This document shows, piece by piece, positions 40,255-52,527 of a DNA stretch of 64,000 nt; the stretch's first letter is position 1; each line of letters begins with the position of its first letter. The DNA is taken from assembly GCF_001194135.2 (NCBI RefSeq), contig NC_068984.1:136715802-136779801 (forward strand), read 5' to 3'. This stretch comes from Octopus bimaculoides (taxonomy: Eukaryota). The notes beneath the pieces were generated by a model. That model was not told where the DNA came from. It was given only the letters and a program-made list of their open reading frames with translations, and made no database searches. A program made the translations under genes and the position numbers.

Positions 40255-40649
40255 TTTTTTTTTTTTTAAAGTTTCAGCTTAGAGCTGCGGCCATGCATAT
40301 TTCCATAATGTCCATTTCGAATCTAGGTAAAGAATACATTTTTATACGAAATGGTATTGAAGAGTAGCAGACCCAGCTCAGATACAAATACAAATAATAT
40401 GCAAATAAAACAAAAATGAAAAAAAGACGTCATTTTTTTTTTACGTGTTTTTTTTTTCGACTTCTTTCTACGTCCGTATAAGAAGAATCTAATCTAGTTT
40501 TCCCTTTTGAAGCTAACTATATTTAGCTGGCTTACATCTATTCAGCTAATAGGATAGTGTTTATTGTTTAAAAGTCTAAATGTAACAATCAATTTTGTCA
40601 AGAACTGAATAAGCAAGCTTAGGCTCTCTTGCTTTATACAATATATTTT

Positions 40650-40693
<44 letters not shown>

Positions 40694-40949
40694 GTTTTCT
40701 TTTTCTTTCTTGACAACCATAAATCTGTCTAGTAGTGTTGATAAGAATTTTATATTTTGCCTTTTCTTTTCAGTTGATTATATTAAGTGTAATCTAGTGA
40801 GAACATTGATGGTGTGTCCACAGTGGCTAGCGAGCTTGTAGAAGTCATTATTAAGTCATTAGTTGACTAAATGATAGTTTGTGATTGTATATGTTTTTTT
40901 CGATCTTTTTTACATTATCCTTGCTTTTATTATTCTCTCTCTCATATTC

Positions 40950-41400
40950 TCTCCTAATCATCGAACCAATCACAACCCACAGTCGGTCACCGACACCAGC
41001 TAACATTGTCTTATTCTATAGAGTTTTAACGCTTTTTCAACCGTTTCCAATGACGGCGCATTCAAACGACATACCGAACGTAGCATGTGGTAACGCCCTG
41101 TTAATTTCCTGTAAAGAAGTTTATAGAAATTTTTAGTTTTGTAATAAAAGTATTCTTCCGTTTCCAAGTTCACCCTCGTCAGGTCCGCGTCACACTCTTC
41201 CCAATAACATAAAGAGAATTTAACCAACAACAGAGTTGCCATGAGTGATTTGTTGTGTCATGTATCTCACGTCTCATACTCCTCCTTCGATGTTTTATTA
41301 TATAATGTAGTGACGTACGTATACCTAATCTGTCTTCATAAGTCAATGCTTACAAATTATGATTCTGGAATAAATGTATATGTGAGCGCCCGCGTTTGTG
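40950..41400. promoter_or_regulatory. Promoter/first-exon-like CpG-rich segment
   Basis: CCAAT at ~40966, TGACG (CRE-like) motifs, dense CpG next to CpG-poor DNA to the right, and splice signals on both strands. Confidence 0.4.
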
Positions 41401-44067
41401 CTTCAAAAAGTGAAGAAAAACAGAAAGTTTAGTTCAAACTTCTGCTCGAGAACATGTTATCATCATGATTATTATCATCATCTCTTTTACGTCCACTTTT
41501 CCATGCTTGAATGGGTCAGACGAAATTTGTCGTTGCACATTTTCCATGGCCTGATGCCCTTCCCGTCATCAATTCCCAGTGGTGTCTAAGCAAAGTAATA
41601 TTTCCCCATGGCCAGTCACAAGGCCAAACATCCCTGAGATTTTCATCCGAATCCATCCTGCGGTTCTTGAGCTGTCTTGTCCATAGACAAACAAACAAAC
41701 GTAACAGAAAACAATACTTCCACCTTTGCTAAGGTGGAGGTAAAAATGTGTATTTTCATGAGCATGAGTGTGTGTGTGTGTAATTTGTGATACTGTCTTT
41801 CATGAAAAGCAAGATGATATTGCAAATCCATCTAATCATGAACCTGTTTCTCTCCTACATTCATGAACCTTGCCATGTCTAGTGTTCATGTGTCACCAAT
41901 TGGTGATATAAACACACACCTTACACATTATTCCTACATTCATCATGTTGCTTTTCTCTCATTGCAAAAGCAGAAAAATCGTAAGTGAACAGACAACAAT
42001 ACGTATAGTTTTTCAATATTTTATTTCTAAAAAATATTTCTTTTTCAATGAATATCATTAAATATCTTCTTCTATCACCACAATCATGAAAACAAAAATT
42101 AAATAAAAAAGTAAAAAGTACAATTTATAAAAAAAAAATCACAAAAAAAAAAAATACAAGAATTCAAGCAGAGGAATACATCGGCAGAGAAATAAAATTC
42201 CCTTTGTGTTCTGAGAGTAGCTGTGAGTACACCAAAGTGTAGAATTCACCTCTTCTTGCAGTACAGAAAAATCTTATCTTAGTCTTGAAAGAAAAATGGT
42301 TCGCTTACAAAATGAAGAAAAATTAAGAAGATTCCAAAATTTGCAAATAAATGTAAATAATATGGAGGATATAATTACCATCATCATCATAGCAATTGCT
42401 AATGAGTTCTTTGATTGGCATAGGTCAGAGACTTGCGAAGAAAGGATATGATTCAGTAGATTGATAGCAGTTAAATATTATCATCATCATCGATTTAACC
42501 CTTTAGCATCTGTTATGATAATACACATGTGCCTTTCTCTGTCACAACTTATGAATGAGAAAGGAAGGAAGGAAGGGGTGATGGCAAACTTGGTAGGGGG
42601 ATGATGGAAGTTCTACGGCGAAAATAAAAAATCAAACAGCGTTTCAACTCTGTGTATGTGTGTGTGTGTATGCAAAATGGAGTCCTGTGAACGTTTGTGT
42701 GTGTGCGTGTGATGGAAGTGGGATGGTGAACATTCAGAGAAAAATCAAACAGCGTATTATTTTGTACCTTATTTATATATAAAATACTACAATTAGGGCC
42801 ATGGGGCTAATGAGTTCAGATTATTCTGTCAATAATAATACTTATTAATTCATGTTGTTTGTTTTTCAATTAATCAAGCGTTGTTTTGTCGTTTCAAGAT
42901 TTTAATGATGTTTATTTTTAGAATGACATTGTAGGGTTGATGGGAGAGGCCAGATCTAGCCAGTTTGAACATAAAAAAACAGGTAGAATTATTTGGCCGG
43001 ATACAGCCGGATATGGCTGGTTTAAATGTTAAAGGGTTAAAGTCTACATTTCCCCCATGGCCAGATATGTTTATGCAGAATAATAGAAATGAATGACATT
43101 CATTTACAACAATCATGTGATGCCAAGACAAAGAGAGAGAGAGAGAGAGAGACACACACACACACACACACACAAACACATATCATCATCATTATCACTG
43201 TTTTAACGTATGCCTTCCATGCTGGTATGGGTAGGATAGTTTGACAGGAGCTAGCCACGCAAAAGCCTGCACCAGATTTCTGTGACTGTTTTGGTAGGAT
43301 TTTTACAGCTGGATGCCCTTCCAAACACCAACCACACAGCAGATGGTTCTTTTCAGTTTCTGTCAACCAAATCCACACATAAGGCTTTAGTCAGCCCAGG
43401 GCTATAGCAGAAGACATCTGTTCATGGTGCCACACAGTGGGATTGAGCTTAAAATATTGCGGTTGGGAAATAAACTTTTTTTAATCGCACAGCCATGCTT
43501 CCTGCAACAGCAGTATATTACCGGTATTCATATTTTATCAACCCCCATAAAGTTAAAAAGAAAAAAAAAAAATCAAACAACTAAGATTTGAACTCCAGAT
43601 ATAAAAGCACACCGTTAAATAGTAAGTATTTAGTCCAACACTTAACCTGCCATCTACAATCCTAAACAATTAACTCTAACTTTAACATGGGCCACTAACT
43701 CTGGAGGAAATAATACTGATTTCAAATTTTGGCACAAGGCCAGCAATTTTGTCAACTCACCACCTTATATGATAACAATGATGATGATGATAATGATGAT
43801 GGTGATGATGATGACAGCTTCTGCTTTAGGCATAGGGCCCAGTAACTTTGTAGGGAGTGGCGGNNNNNNNNNNNNNNNNNNNNNNNNNNNNNNNNGGGGG
43901 GGGGGGGGGGGGGGGGGAACTAGCTGGTATTATCGGACCCAGGACTTCATTGTACTTTAATCTTACCAACCTCAAAGAAATGAAAGGCAAAGTCAACCTC
44001 AGCAGGATATGAACTCAGAATGTAAAGTGTTGGCCAACACTCTAATTTATGCACCAATCTACCATCC

Positions 44068-44137
<70 letters not shown>

Positions 44138-44994
44138 TAATAATAATAATAATCTTTTCTACTATAGGCACAAGTCCTGAAATGTTGGGGGAGGGGACTA
44201 TTTGATTAGATCAACCCCAGTGTTCAACTGATAATTAATTTATCGACTCCGAAAGGATGAAAGGCAAAGCTGACCTTGGCGGAATTTGAACTCAGCGATG
44301 GATGAAATGTTGTTAAACATTTTGCCTGGCATGCTATAATGATAATAATAATATATGCTATATAGTTGACGCTGCATACCCCTTTGACCCGTGGATAGAC
44401 AAGAAGGAAGGCAGAAAGATAGATAGATAAGTACGACCCTCTTAAGTACAAAATATCCCAGCTTTGGAAAATGAAGAAGGTGAAGATAGTGCCAATTATT
44501 TTTGGGTCCTTGGGAGTAGTATCAGAAGGCATCAAAGAGAAATATAAAGGAAATTGGAATTGAGTGCCCAGTAGAACTGTTACAAAAAGGTTTGCCTCTT
44601 TGGCATGGCTAGAATAATCAGGAAAGTATTAGATAACTGTAAAGAACGGATAGCATGGTACCATAAGCTGCAGGTAGTAAACCCGCTACGCATGCAAGAC
44701 TCCAGGAGTTCCAACAGAACCTGTGATAAAGAGAAAATGACAATAATAATAATAACAATACCCTTTCTATTATGGGAACAAGGCCTGAAATTTTGGAGGA
44801 GGGGGCAGTTGATTCCATCAACGCCAGTACATATTTGGTAATTTTTTTCATCGACCCGGAAAAGATAAAAAGTAAAGTTGACCTCAGCGGGAATTTGAAA
44901 TCAGAACATAAAGATGGGCGAAATGCCACTGAAGAATTTTGTCCAGTGCACTAAGAATTCCACCAGCTTTTTGTTTTATTATAATAAAAAGAAA

Positions 44995-45150
44995 TCATCG
45001 TTTTGATCCTAGGTTTTTGATAACAGATGTAGCAGGGGAGTAGAGAACTTTCCGTGATAACCTTATCTGGCCAGTAGCAGGGTCACGTCCAAAATATTTC
45101 ACGGCTATTTCCTGACCAACTTCCATTCCGAGTGCACTCGGATGATTCAC
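44995..45150 (-). CDS. PNPT1: Polyribonucleotide nucleotidyltransferase 1 (mitochondrial PNPase), terminal coding exon (end of S1 domain)
   Basis: Translates [51 protein letters not shown], matching the human PNPT1 C-terminus as I recall it ([41 protein letters not shown]). Acceptor ctacag, phase 0, stop TGA, AATAAA just downstream on the minus strand. Confidence 0.95.
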   Translation of the reverse strand: MNHPSALGMEVGQEIAVKYFGRDPATGQIRLSRKVLYSPATSVIKNLGSKR

Positions 45151-45332
45151 CTGTAGATAGATCGAAAACAAAATGAAGGTGTAGGTAAAACGGATCTGGA
45201 TGCAAAAATTTAAAACAAAAACAAAAACAAAAAGAAATATGAAAGTAATAAGATGACAATAAACAGAATAAGAAAGCAATTTTGTACTCAAAAGGCACTA
45301 TTTGAGAAAGAGACAGAGAGAAAGAGTGTGTG

Positions 45333-45334
<2 letters not shown>

Positions 45335-45399
<65 letters not shown>

Positions 45400-45400
45400 C

Positions 45401-45461
<61 letters not shown>

Positions 45462-45500
45462 TAGATGGATGGATAGATAGATGGATGGATAGAAAGATGG
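45335..45500. repeat. (GATA)n-(GACA)n microsatellite next to the PNPT1 terminal exon acceptor
   Basis: Direct inspection. Confidence 0.95.
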
Positions 45501-46488
45501 ATAGATACATAGATAAAGAGAGAGGGGGTANNNNNNNNNNNNNNNNNNNNNNNNNNNNNNNNNNNNNNNNNNNNNNNNNNNNNNNNNNNNNNNNNNNNNN
45601 NNNNNNNNNNNNNNNNNNNNNNNNNNNNNNNNNNNNNNNNNNNNNNNNNNNNNNNNNNNNNNNNNNNNNNNNNNNNNNNNNNNNNNNNNNNNNNNNNNNN
45701 NNNNNNNNNNNNNNNNNNNNNNNNNNNNNNNNNNNNNNNNNNNNNNNNNNNNNNNNNNNNNNNNNNNNNNNNNNNNNNNNNNNNNNNNNNNNNNNNNNNN
45801 NNNNNNNNNNNNNNNNNNNNNNNNNNNNNNNNNNNNNNNNNNNNNNNNNNNNNNNNNNNNNNNNNNNNNNNNNNNNNNNNNNNNNNNNNNNNNNNNNNNN
45901 NNNNNNNNNNNNNNNNNNNNNNNNNNNNNNNNNNNNNNNNNNNNNNNNNNNNNNNNNNNNNNNNNNNNNNNNNNNNNNNNNNNNNNNNNNNNNNNNNNNN
46001 NNNNNNNNNNNNNNNNNNNNNNNNNNNNNNNNNNNNNNNNNNNNNNNNNNNNNNNNNNNNNNNNNNNNNNNNNNNNNNNNNNNNNNNNNNNNNNNNNNNN
46101 NNNNNNNNNNNNNNNNNNNNNNNNNNNNNNNNNNNNNNNNNNNNNNNNNNNNNNNNNNNNNNNNNNNNNNNNNNNNNNNNNNNNNNNNNNNNNNNNNNNN
46201 NNNNNNNNNNNNNNNNNNNNNNNNNNNNNNNNNNNNNNNNNNNNNNNNNNNNNNNNNNNNNNNNNNNNNNNNNNNNNNNNNNNNNNNNNNNNNNNNNNNN
46301 NNNNNNNNNNNNNNNNNNNNNNNNNNNNNNNNNNNNNNNNNNNNNNNNNNNNNNNNNNNNNNNNNNNNNNNNNNNNNNTGTACCCTTAACGTAGTTCTCA
46401 GGGTGATTCAGTGTGACACAGTGTGACAAGGCTGGCCCTTTGAAATACAGGTACTACTCATTTTTGCCAGCTGAGTGGACTGGAGAGA

Positions 46489-46680
46489 CATGCTACTCCA
46501 GACTGATGATGAGCAAAGACTCAGAAACATGTCTCTGGATGCAGGCTTAGCTGGGTGGAGGTGCTTGTCTCCCCCTTATGTAAACATAAGGACACAGGAA
46601 ATGTGTCAAGGCCGACAAGAAGCGGTGCAGCTTCCTAGGTCTAACCAACAGTAGTATTATTCCTTTCAGCATACAACTAC
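46489..46680 (+). mobile_element. Hammerhead-bearing structured repeat (retrozyme/PLE terminal-repeat-like), copy 1
   Basis: Clearly homologous over ~190 bp to 54309-54520. Further hairpins downstream (CCTTATG/CATAAGG, GACACA/TGTGTC, GAAGC/GCTTC). Confidence 0.65.
46497..46539 (+). ncRNA. Minimal type-I hammerhead ribozyme motif (PLE-type, palindromic helix III)
   Basis: TCCAGA-CTGATGA-TGAG(caaaga)CTCA-GAAA-CATG-TC/TCTGGA: 6-bp helix I, intact CUGAUGA and GAAA core, 4-bp helix II, palindromic ACATGT helix III, GUC cleavage triplet (cut after 46533). Confidence 0.8.
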
Positions 46681-46689
46681 TTCAATACC

Positions 46690-47302
46690 ATGTTGTTGTT
46701 GGCAAGAGACTCATGAGTAAGGAGAACTTGGTGAAGAATCCAATTATTCCTGCTCCACAAACCCAGTCACTTTCACCGAATGTCTTTCCTCAAATGCTTC
46801 AAAACATCATAGTAACACCCTTGGCTGATGGTCTGGCCCGGGAGGGGGGGATGAATTCTTGATGCACAATACCACATTTCTGGCAGTGATGCTCATGGCA
46901 GGCCTTCCAGATTGTTAATCATCTTCCAAGGATGTTTTTCCATTTATGAAGCACCGGTGCCGCTTGAAACATTGTGTACAACCCATTGCATGCTCAGTGT
47001 GTCTGTAGCAGACTTCCCAAGTTTAATGCAAAATTTCAAGTTGGTTCTTTGTTCCTTTCTATGACAAAATCACAGAATACAGCATACTCATGATCACTTG
47101 AAATTTTGCGTTAAACTTGGGAAGTCTGCTACAGAGACACTGAGCATGCAATTTTACAAGTTGTGAAGTAAACACAGTGATGTTACTCAGCACACTGCCT
47201 CATGAAGGTCACTGCTAGCTCTCACTGTGCACACAACCATGTGCTGCCATCTGTTGGCATGCTACGGAACTAGTCCGGGAACTTTTTGATACCACCTCGT
47301 AT
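46690..47302 (-). mobile_element. Rearranged mariner 5' fragment with internal inverted duplication
   Basis: TIR TACGAGGTGGTATCAAAAAGTTCCCGGACT at the right end. Peptides EQRTNLKFCIKLGKSATDTL and SLEDD*QSGRP. 56-bp inverted repeat 46986-47041/47096-47151. Confidence 0.75.
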
Positions 47303-47641
47303 GCATATATGTATAAATGTATATAAGTGACAGGAGTATGCGTGTGTGTGTACATGTCAAAGAACAGGTATGGCTGTGTGGTTAAGAAGTTTGCTTCCAA
47401 ACCACATGGTCTCAGGTTCAGTCTCTACCGTATAGCACTATATGCAAGCCACTTCCACTATATCACTGGGCTGACCTAAGCAATATGAGTAGATTTATAA
47501 GAAACTGAAAGAAGCCTACTGTATATGTGTGTGTGTGTGTGTGTGTGCGCATGCATGCACACATGGGTGTGTTTATGTAAATGTACATGCATGTGCTTAC
47601 ATGTATTTGTGTGTTTCTTTGCATTTATCCTTCTCCAAAAG

Positions 47642-47773
47642 TTGATGAGCTACAAGTAGCTGCATGTCATTTATCCCTTATCAGCAAATCACCTGTCAGC
47701 TTCACACCTTCAAACACACATGGGATGAGAGACCCTTCACATGGAATAAGAGACCCTTCACATGAAGAACCAG
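47642..47773 (+). CDS. Candidate exon of an unidentified plus-strand gene
   Basis: Pyrimidine tract ccttctccaaaag|, open frame (V)DELQVAACHLSLISKSPVSFTPSNTHGMRDPSHGIRDPSHEEP, donors |gtaaag (47774) or |gtaagt (47789) both phase 1, internal in-frame 21-nt duplication. No homology recognised. Confidence 0.35.
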
Positions 47774-49054
47774 GTAAAGGTTTTTCATGTAAGTATACAC
47801 ACAAGCATTTTCAAGTGCTAAACAGAAAAAATCTGTAAATGTAATATGATAAATATTCAGATTTATTTCACTTTATTTTATTTCATTTCATTTCATTCCA
47901 TTTCACTTCTTCTCTGCGGAAAATCTGAAGTCTTTCTGTACCTGTACATGCATAAAGTTAGGAACTATTTCTTCATGACTGAACACGCTGAGCTGATGCA
48001 GTCAAATCACACAAGTAACAGGAAGTATCCCAGTTATTGATTATACAATATATATGTTGATAAAAAATTAAAATATTTTCAACATGATAAATTATATTGA
48101 AAACAAAGGAGAAAATGCACTGAAATCTTTTGATAAAATTTTATGTATATGTAATGTTTATGTAATCTACCAGTTTCATTTATTTAAAGATATTCATGAT
48201 TTCATAATTACTGATGCTTTTATAATTTTCTGATCTCATTGGTTGTTATTGTTGATGATGATGTTATATTTTCAAAAGTATATACAAACACATATACAGG
48301 GGAGACAATAAGGACTTTTTATCAACAATCTCAGGAGAAATAATATTTTCTTCAAATAATAATAATAAGGAATATAAATGTAATGAAAATTAATTAATAA
48401 TGATTTTAGATAAATATAGTCATATTTATTGATTTTTGCATATCTAACTGTGGTCTATATTTTTCAAAGAATGCAGCTTCCCTATATATCTGCTCTTGTT
48501 CCCATATTACACTGACACAAAGCAAAAATTTTAAAATTTGGTTGATTATTCCTAGTATATATATTTTCTCTGAGAAATGTTTGTAGCTGGGGAATTTTTG
48601 CATAATGTCATGTTATTCCCTACATAATGTCATGTGTTTTCTTAACATCACTCTTGTCTGTCATATATAATTTTCTCCAACTTTTTAACAAGCTATTACA
48701 TAAGCTTGGTTTCCAGACATACAAGAACACTAATTCATTATTTGAAACATTGTTTTGGTTTTAAATGGAATTCTGAAGAATTGAATAAGTTAAAACAAAT
48801 CACACAGGACACGCACACTTTTTTTCACTTAGCTCTGTTGTCTTTATATATAAACATATAGCATTGTAAAGTAAATCAATTCAATTTCCCAGATATAGAC
48901 AAATGGCTTTCAATGAACATATAAATTTTGGGGGCTGGAGTCAAGAAGCAAATTTTAAAATTTCTCTTTCATATCATTGTAGAGATAGAACATTTGAACA
49001 ACAGCATATGAATAACAAAACCCCATTCATTGCAAAATACAAACCACACAGATA

Positions 49055-49445
49055 TTCTTTTACTTGTTTCAGTCATTTGACTGTGGCCATGCTGGAGCAC
49101 CACCTTTAGTTGAATAAATCGACCTCAGGACTTATTCTTTGTAAGCTTAGTACTTATTCTATCAATCTCTTTTGCCAGACTGCTAAGTTACAGGGACATA
49201 AACACACCAACTTCAGTTGTCAAGCGATACAAATACATACATACATACATACAAATATAAATATATACATATATATACATACAATGAGCTTCTTTCAGTT
49301 TCCGTCCACCAAATCCACTCACAAGGCTTTGGTCAGCCTGAGGCTATAGTAGAAGACACTTGCCCAAGGTGCCACGCAGTGGGACTGAACTCGAAACCAT
49401 GTGATTGGGAAGCAAGCTTCTTACCACACAGCCACTCCTGTGCCT
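49055..49445 (-). mobile_element. SINE family B, full length (PNPT1 last intron)
   Basis: Reverse complement of 49765-50170. Confidence 0.9.
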
Positions 49446-49764
49446 ATGTACATTTAATTAAATTTGATTGATATATAATTAACTTCTGTAAATTTTATTT
49501 GATTACTTCTAATTATATTATATTTTAATAACTTCTAAGATGGCCGGTTGGCAGAATTGTTAGTATGCTGAGCAAGAGCAACATTTCACCCATCTCTATG
49601 TTCTGAGATCAAATTCTGCTAAGGTTGACTTTGCCTTTCACCCTTTCAAGGTCGATAAAATATGTACCAGTTGGGCACTGGGGTCGATGTAATCATCTTA
49701 CCCCCTCCCCACAAAATACTGGCATTGTGCCAAATTTTGAAACCAATATTTCAATATAATACAT

Positions 49765-50170
49765 AGGCACAGGAGTGGCTGTGTGGTAAGAAGCTTGCTT
49801 CCCAACCACATGGTTCCAAATTCAGTCCCACTGCACGGCACCTTGGGCAAGTGTCTTCTACTATAGCTTCGGGCCGACCAAAGCCTTGTGAGTGGATTTG
49901 GTAGACAGAAACTGAAAGAAGCCCGTCGTATATATGTATATGTATATATATATGTGTGTGTGTTTGTGTGTGTGTGTTTGTCCCCCCCAACATCGCTTGA
50001 CAACTGATGCTGGTGTGCTTACATCCCCGTAACTTAGTGGTTCGGCAAAAGAGACCGATAGAATAAGTACTAGGCTTCCAAAGAATAAGTCCAGGGGTCG
50101 ATTTGCTCGACTAAAGGTGGTGCTCCAGCATGGCCACAGTCAAATGACTGAAACAAGTAAAAGAGTAACA
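49765..50170 (+). mobile_element. SINE family B, full length (further partial copies at ~21295-21720, 43330-43500, 47362-47520, 51808-51892, 54971-55165, 59647-59805, 60758-60920, 63425-63850)
   Basis: GGCACAGGAGTGGCTGTGTGGTAAG head through CAGTCAAATGACTGAAACAAGTAAAAGAG tail. Confidence 0.9.
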
Positions 50171-50412
50171 GAATAAAAGAGAGCTAATTATCATATGTGA
50201 AATGAGTTGGTCAGTTGTTTTAAGAGGTCAAAAGTCAAGCAGCCTACACATCATACACACAAACATTCTTTTCTTGGTTTAAGGAACATGAAGAAAATTG
50301 TGCTGGGTATAGAAGAGTTACAAGTGGTATTATATAATTAAATATCAAGATTTGAAGCAAAACTACTTCAATGTATGTTACATGGTGCTTCGAAACAGAT
50401 GTAAAGACATAC

Positions 50413-50491
50413 CTTTCGTTGGTCAAGCTGTGAAACATGAAGAAATGCAGGTTGCATTTTCGGATTAAACTGTAGCATCAAACCGTTTTCC
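50413..50491 (-). CDS. PNPT1: PNPT1 internal exon (79 bp, S1 domain)
   Basis: tttcttccag|G GAA AAC GGT...CAA CGA AAG|gtatgt gives (R)ENGLMLQFNPKMQPAFLHVSQLDQRK, homologous to human [26 protein letters not shown]. Phase 2 to 0 joins both neighbours. Confidence 0.93.
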
Positions 50492-50639
50492 CTGGAAGAA
50501 ATTTTAAAAGAGGCTGATTAGTTTGGATTGATTGAAGATTTGACACCAAACAAAGATGTCGGAGAGAGAGACAGAGAGAAAGCATGAGAGAATGTATCAG
50601 TAGACAACCAACCACTACTGAGGATATATTCTATATCAT

Positions 50640-50835
50640 CATCATCATCATCGTTTAACATCGGCCTTCCATGCTGGCATGGGTGGGACGATTTGACTGG
50701 GGACTGGCAAGCCAGATGGCTGCACCAGGCTCCAATCTGATTTGCAAAGTTTCTACGGCTGGATCCCCTTCCTAATGCCAACCAGAGTGTAGTGGGTGCT
50801 TTTACGTGCCACCAGCATGAGGGCCAGTCAGGCGG
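50640..50835 (-). mobile_element. Retroposon with (ATG)n tail, RTE-like 3' end (related at ~41460-41600, 43185-43345, 62005-62110)
   Basis: Repeated CATCATCGTTTAACGTCCGCTTTCCATGCT.GCATGGGT.GGACGATTTGACTG..GGATGCCCTTCC. Confidence 0.65.
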
Positions 50836-50859
50836 TACATATATATATGTATGTATGTA

Positions 50860-50981
50860 TGGATCAAAACAGTTTGATTAAAATTCATAGGTACGCTTGT
50901 GTTTCAAGCATGATGTTAATCATCAGTCATTTTGAGAAACTCAAGAGTACCAACCAATTTGAATCAAACTGTTTTGATCCA
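50860..50981. mobile_element. Small MITE-like inverted-repeat element
   Basis: TA|TGGATCAAAACAGTTTGATT ... AATCAAACTGTTTTGATCCA|TA, perfect 20-bp TIR. Confidence 0.7.
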
Positions 50982-51535
50982 TACATGTAACTTCCAATAA
51001 ATTTGTTGAGTGCCCTTCTTTCGTTTGTGCCCTTCTTTCGTTTGTGCCCTTCTTTCCTTTGTCCACTCACTCATATACATATATATGGAATAGAAGCACT
51101 GAGCAGTGATGTGTATAAATACTTCGAGCATATTTGAACCTCCAAGAAAAACCATTTACTGTATATTCTCCATAACAAAATATAGTGAATGGCTATCTCA
51201 TGAGTTTGAATATACCCTAAGCATATTTGAACAGGTAACAAGTATGTACATGTGTGTGTGTGTATTTGTGTGCACATGCGTAGCTTAGTTGTTAGAGTGC
51301 TGTGTGAAATTATGATTTTTGATTACTGGGCCAGGCAATGCATGGCTTTGTTGAACAAAACATTTCATTTCATGTTGCTCCGATCCACTCAGCTGGCAAA
51401 AATGAGAAACCTTGCAGAGGACCGGTGCCCCATCAATGGGAGGGGGAATATATACACCAAAGAATCCAGGAAACCAACCTTAAAAGCCTACAGCACAAAA
51501 AGGACCTTTGATCCTTTTGAAACACATATACATAG

Positions 51536-51572
<37 letters not shown>

Positions 51573-51582
51573 CATAAATGTA

Positions 51583-51631
<49 letters not shown>

Positions 51632-52471
51632 AGCAAATAATTCATGAGAAAAATGATTCATGAAAGTAATTTGCAAAGATATCATTGACTCTGTTATTAT
51701 CTAGTGTAACAATTTAAAAAGGATAATAACAGAATCAATAATATAAGCGATTGGAGGCCCCCAAACAAGCATTAAATAGCTGACGGATTAGAATTAATCA
51801 AAGGATTAACTGATGCTGGTGTGCTTACATCCCCATAACTTAGTGGTTCGGCAAAAGAGACCAATAGAATAAGTACTAGGCTTCCAAAGAATATATTTGA
51901 TTATATATTTATTTGTGACATGTACAGTATATCAGATATTCAAGAACACAGGCAGGCACACATATCATTAGCATTAGTACAAAAATGTAATGAAATTGAA
52001 ACTTTATACAAAATTTTCCCCACATTAAAGGATCCTATTTAGCCATGTTGTTTAATCTAAAGACAGTAACAGATTGGGAAAGAAAAAGAGTGAAATTTTT
52101 TCCAAGTCAAATTTGAATTTATTCTTTTTTTCTTTATTGAATTTCAGTTTCATTCAAGAAAAAAAATTCATTTTCTTTCAATGCATTTAAAAAAAAAAAA
52201 ATTCTTCTTTTCTTTTTTTTTTACACATTTTAGTATTATTTATCTAAAATATCAAAAAAGATTGAAGAAAAAAAAAAAGAAGGAAGGAAAAACATGAAGC
52301 AGGATGAGGTACAAAATAGCATCTCTGTCTTAGAAGATTTCACTTTGGTAGTTAGTTTTCCCCAAAATAGGAAGAAAAAAGCCTCCCCTCCTCACACACA
52401 CAAAGAACAAACATGAAACAAGAAAAGAAACAGAAAGCAAATAAAAAACATCAGTCAAAGACACCCACAAG

Positions 52472-52527
<56 letters not shown>

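Noticed and set aside
41150-41195. Minus-strand CTGACGA...GAAA
   Set aside because: No helix II pairing and no NUH triplet; a chance match.
48406-48520. Minus-strand exon-like VIWEQEQIYREAAFFEKYRPQL and similar minus candidates (59940-60040, 42170-42286)
   Set aside because: Plausible acceptors, but no homology to PNPT1 or any protein I recognise and no consistent exon chain. The same-strand position within or near PNPT1 makes an independent gene unlikely without RNA data.
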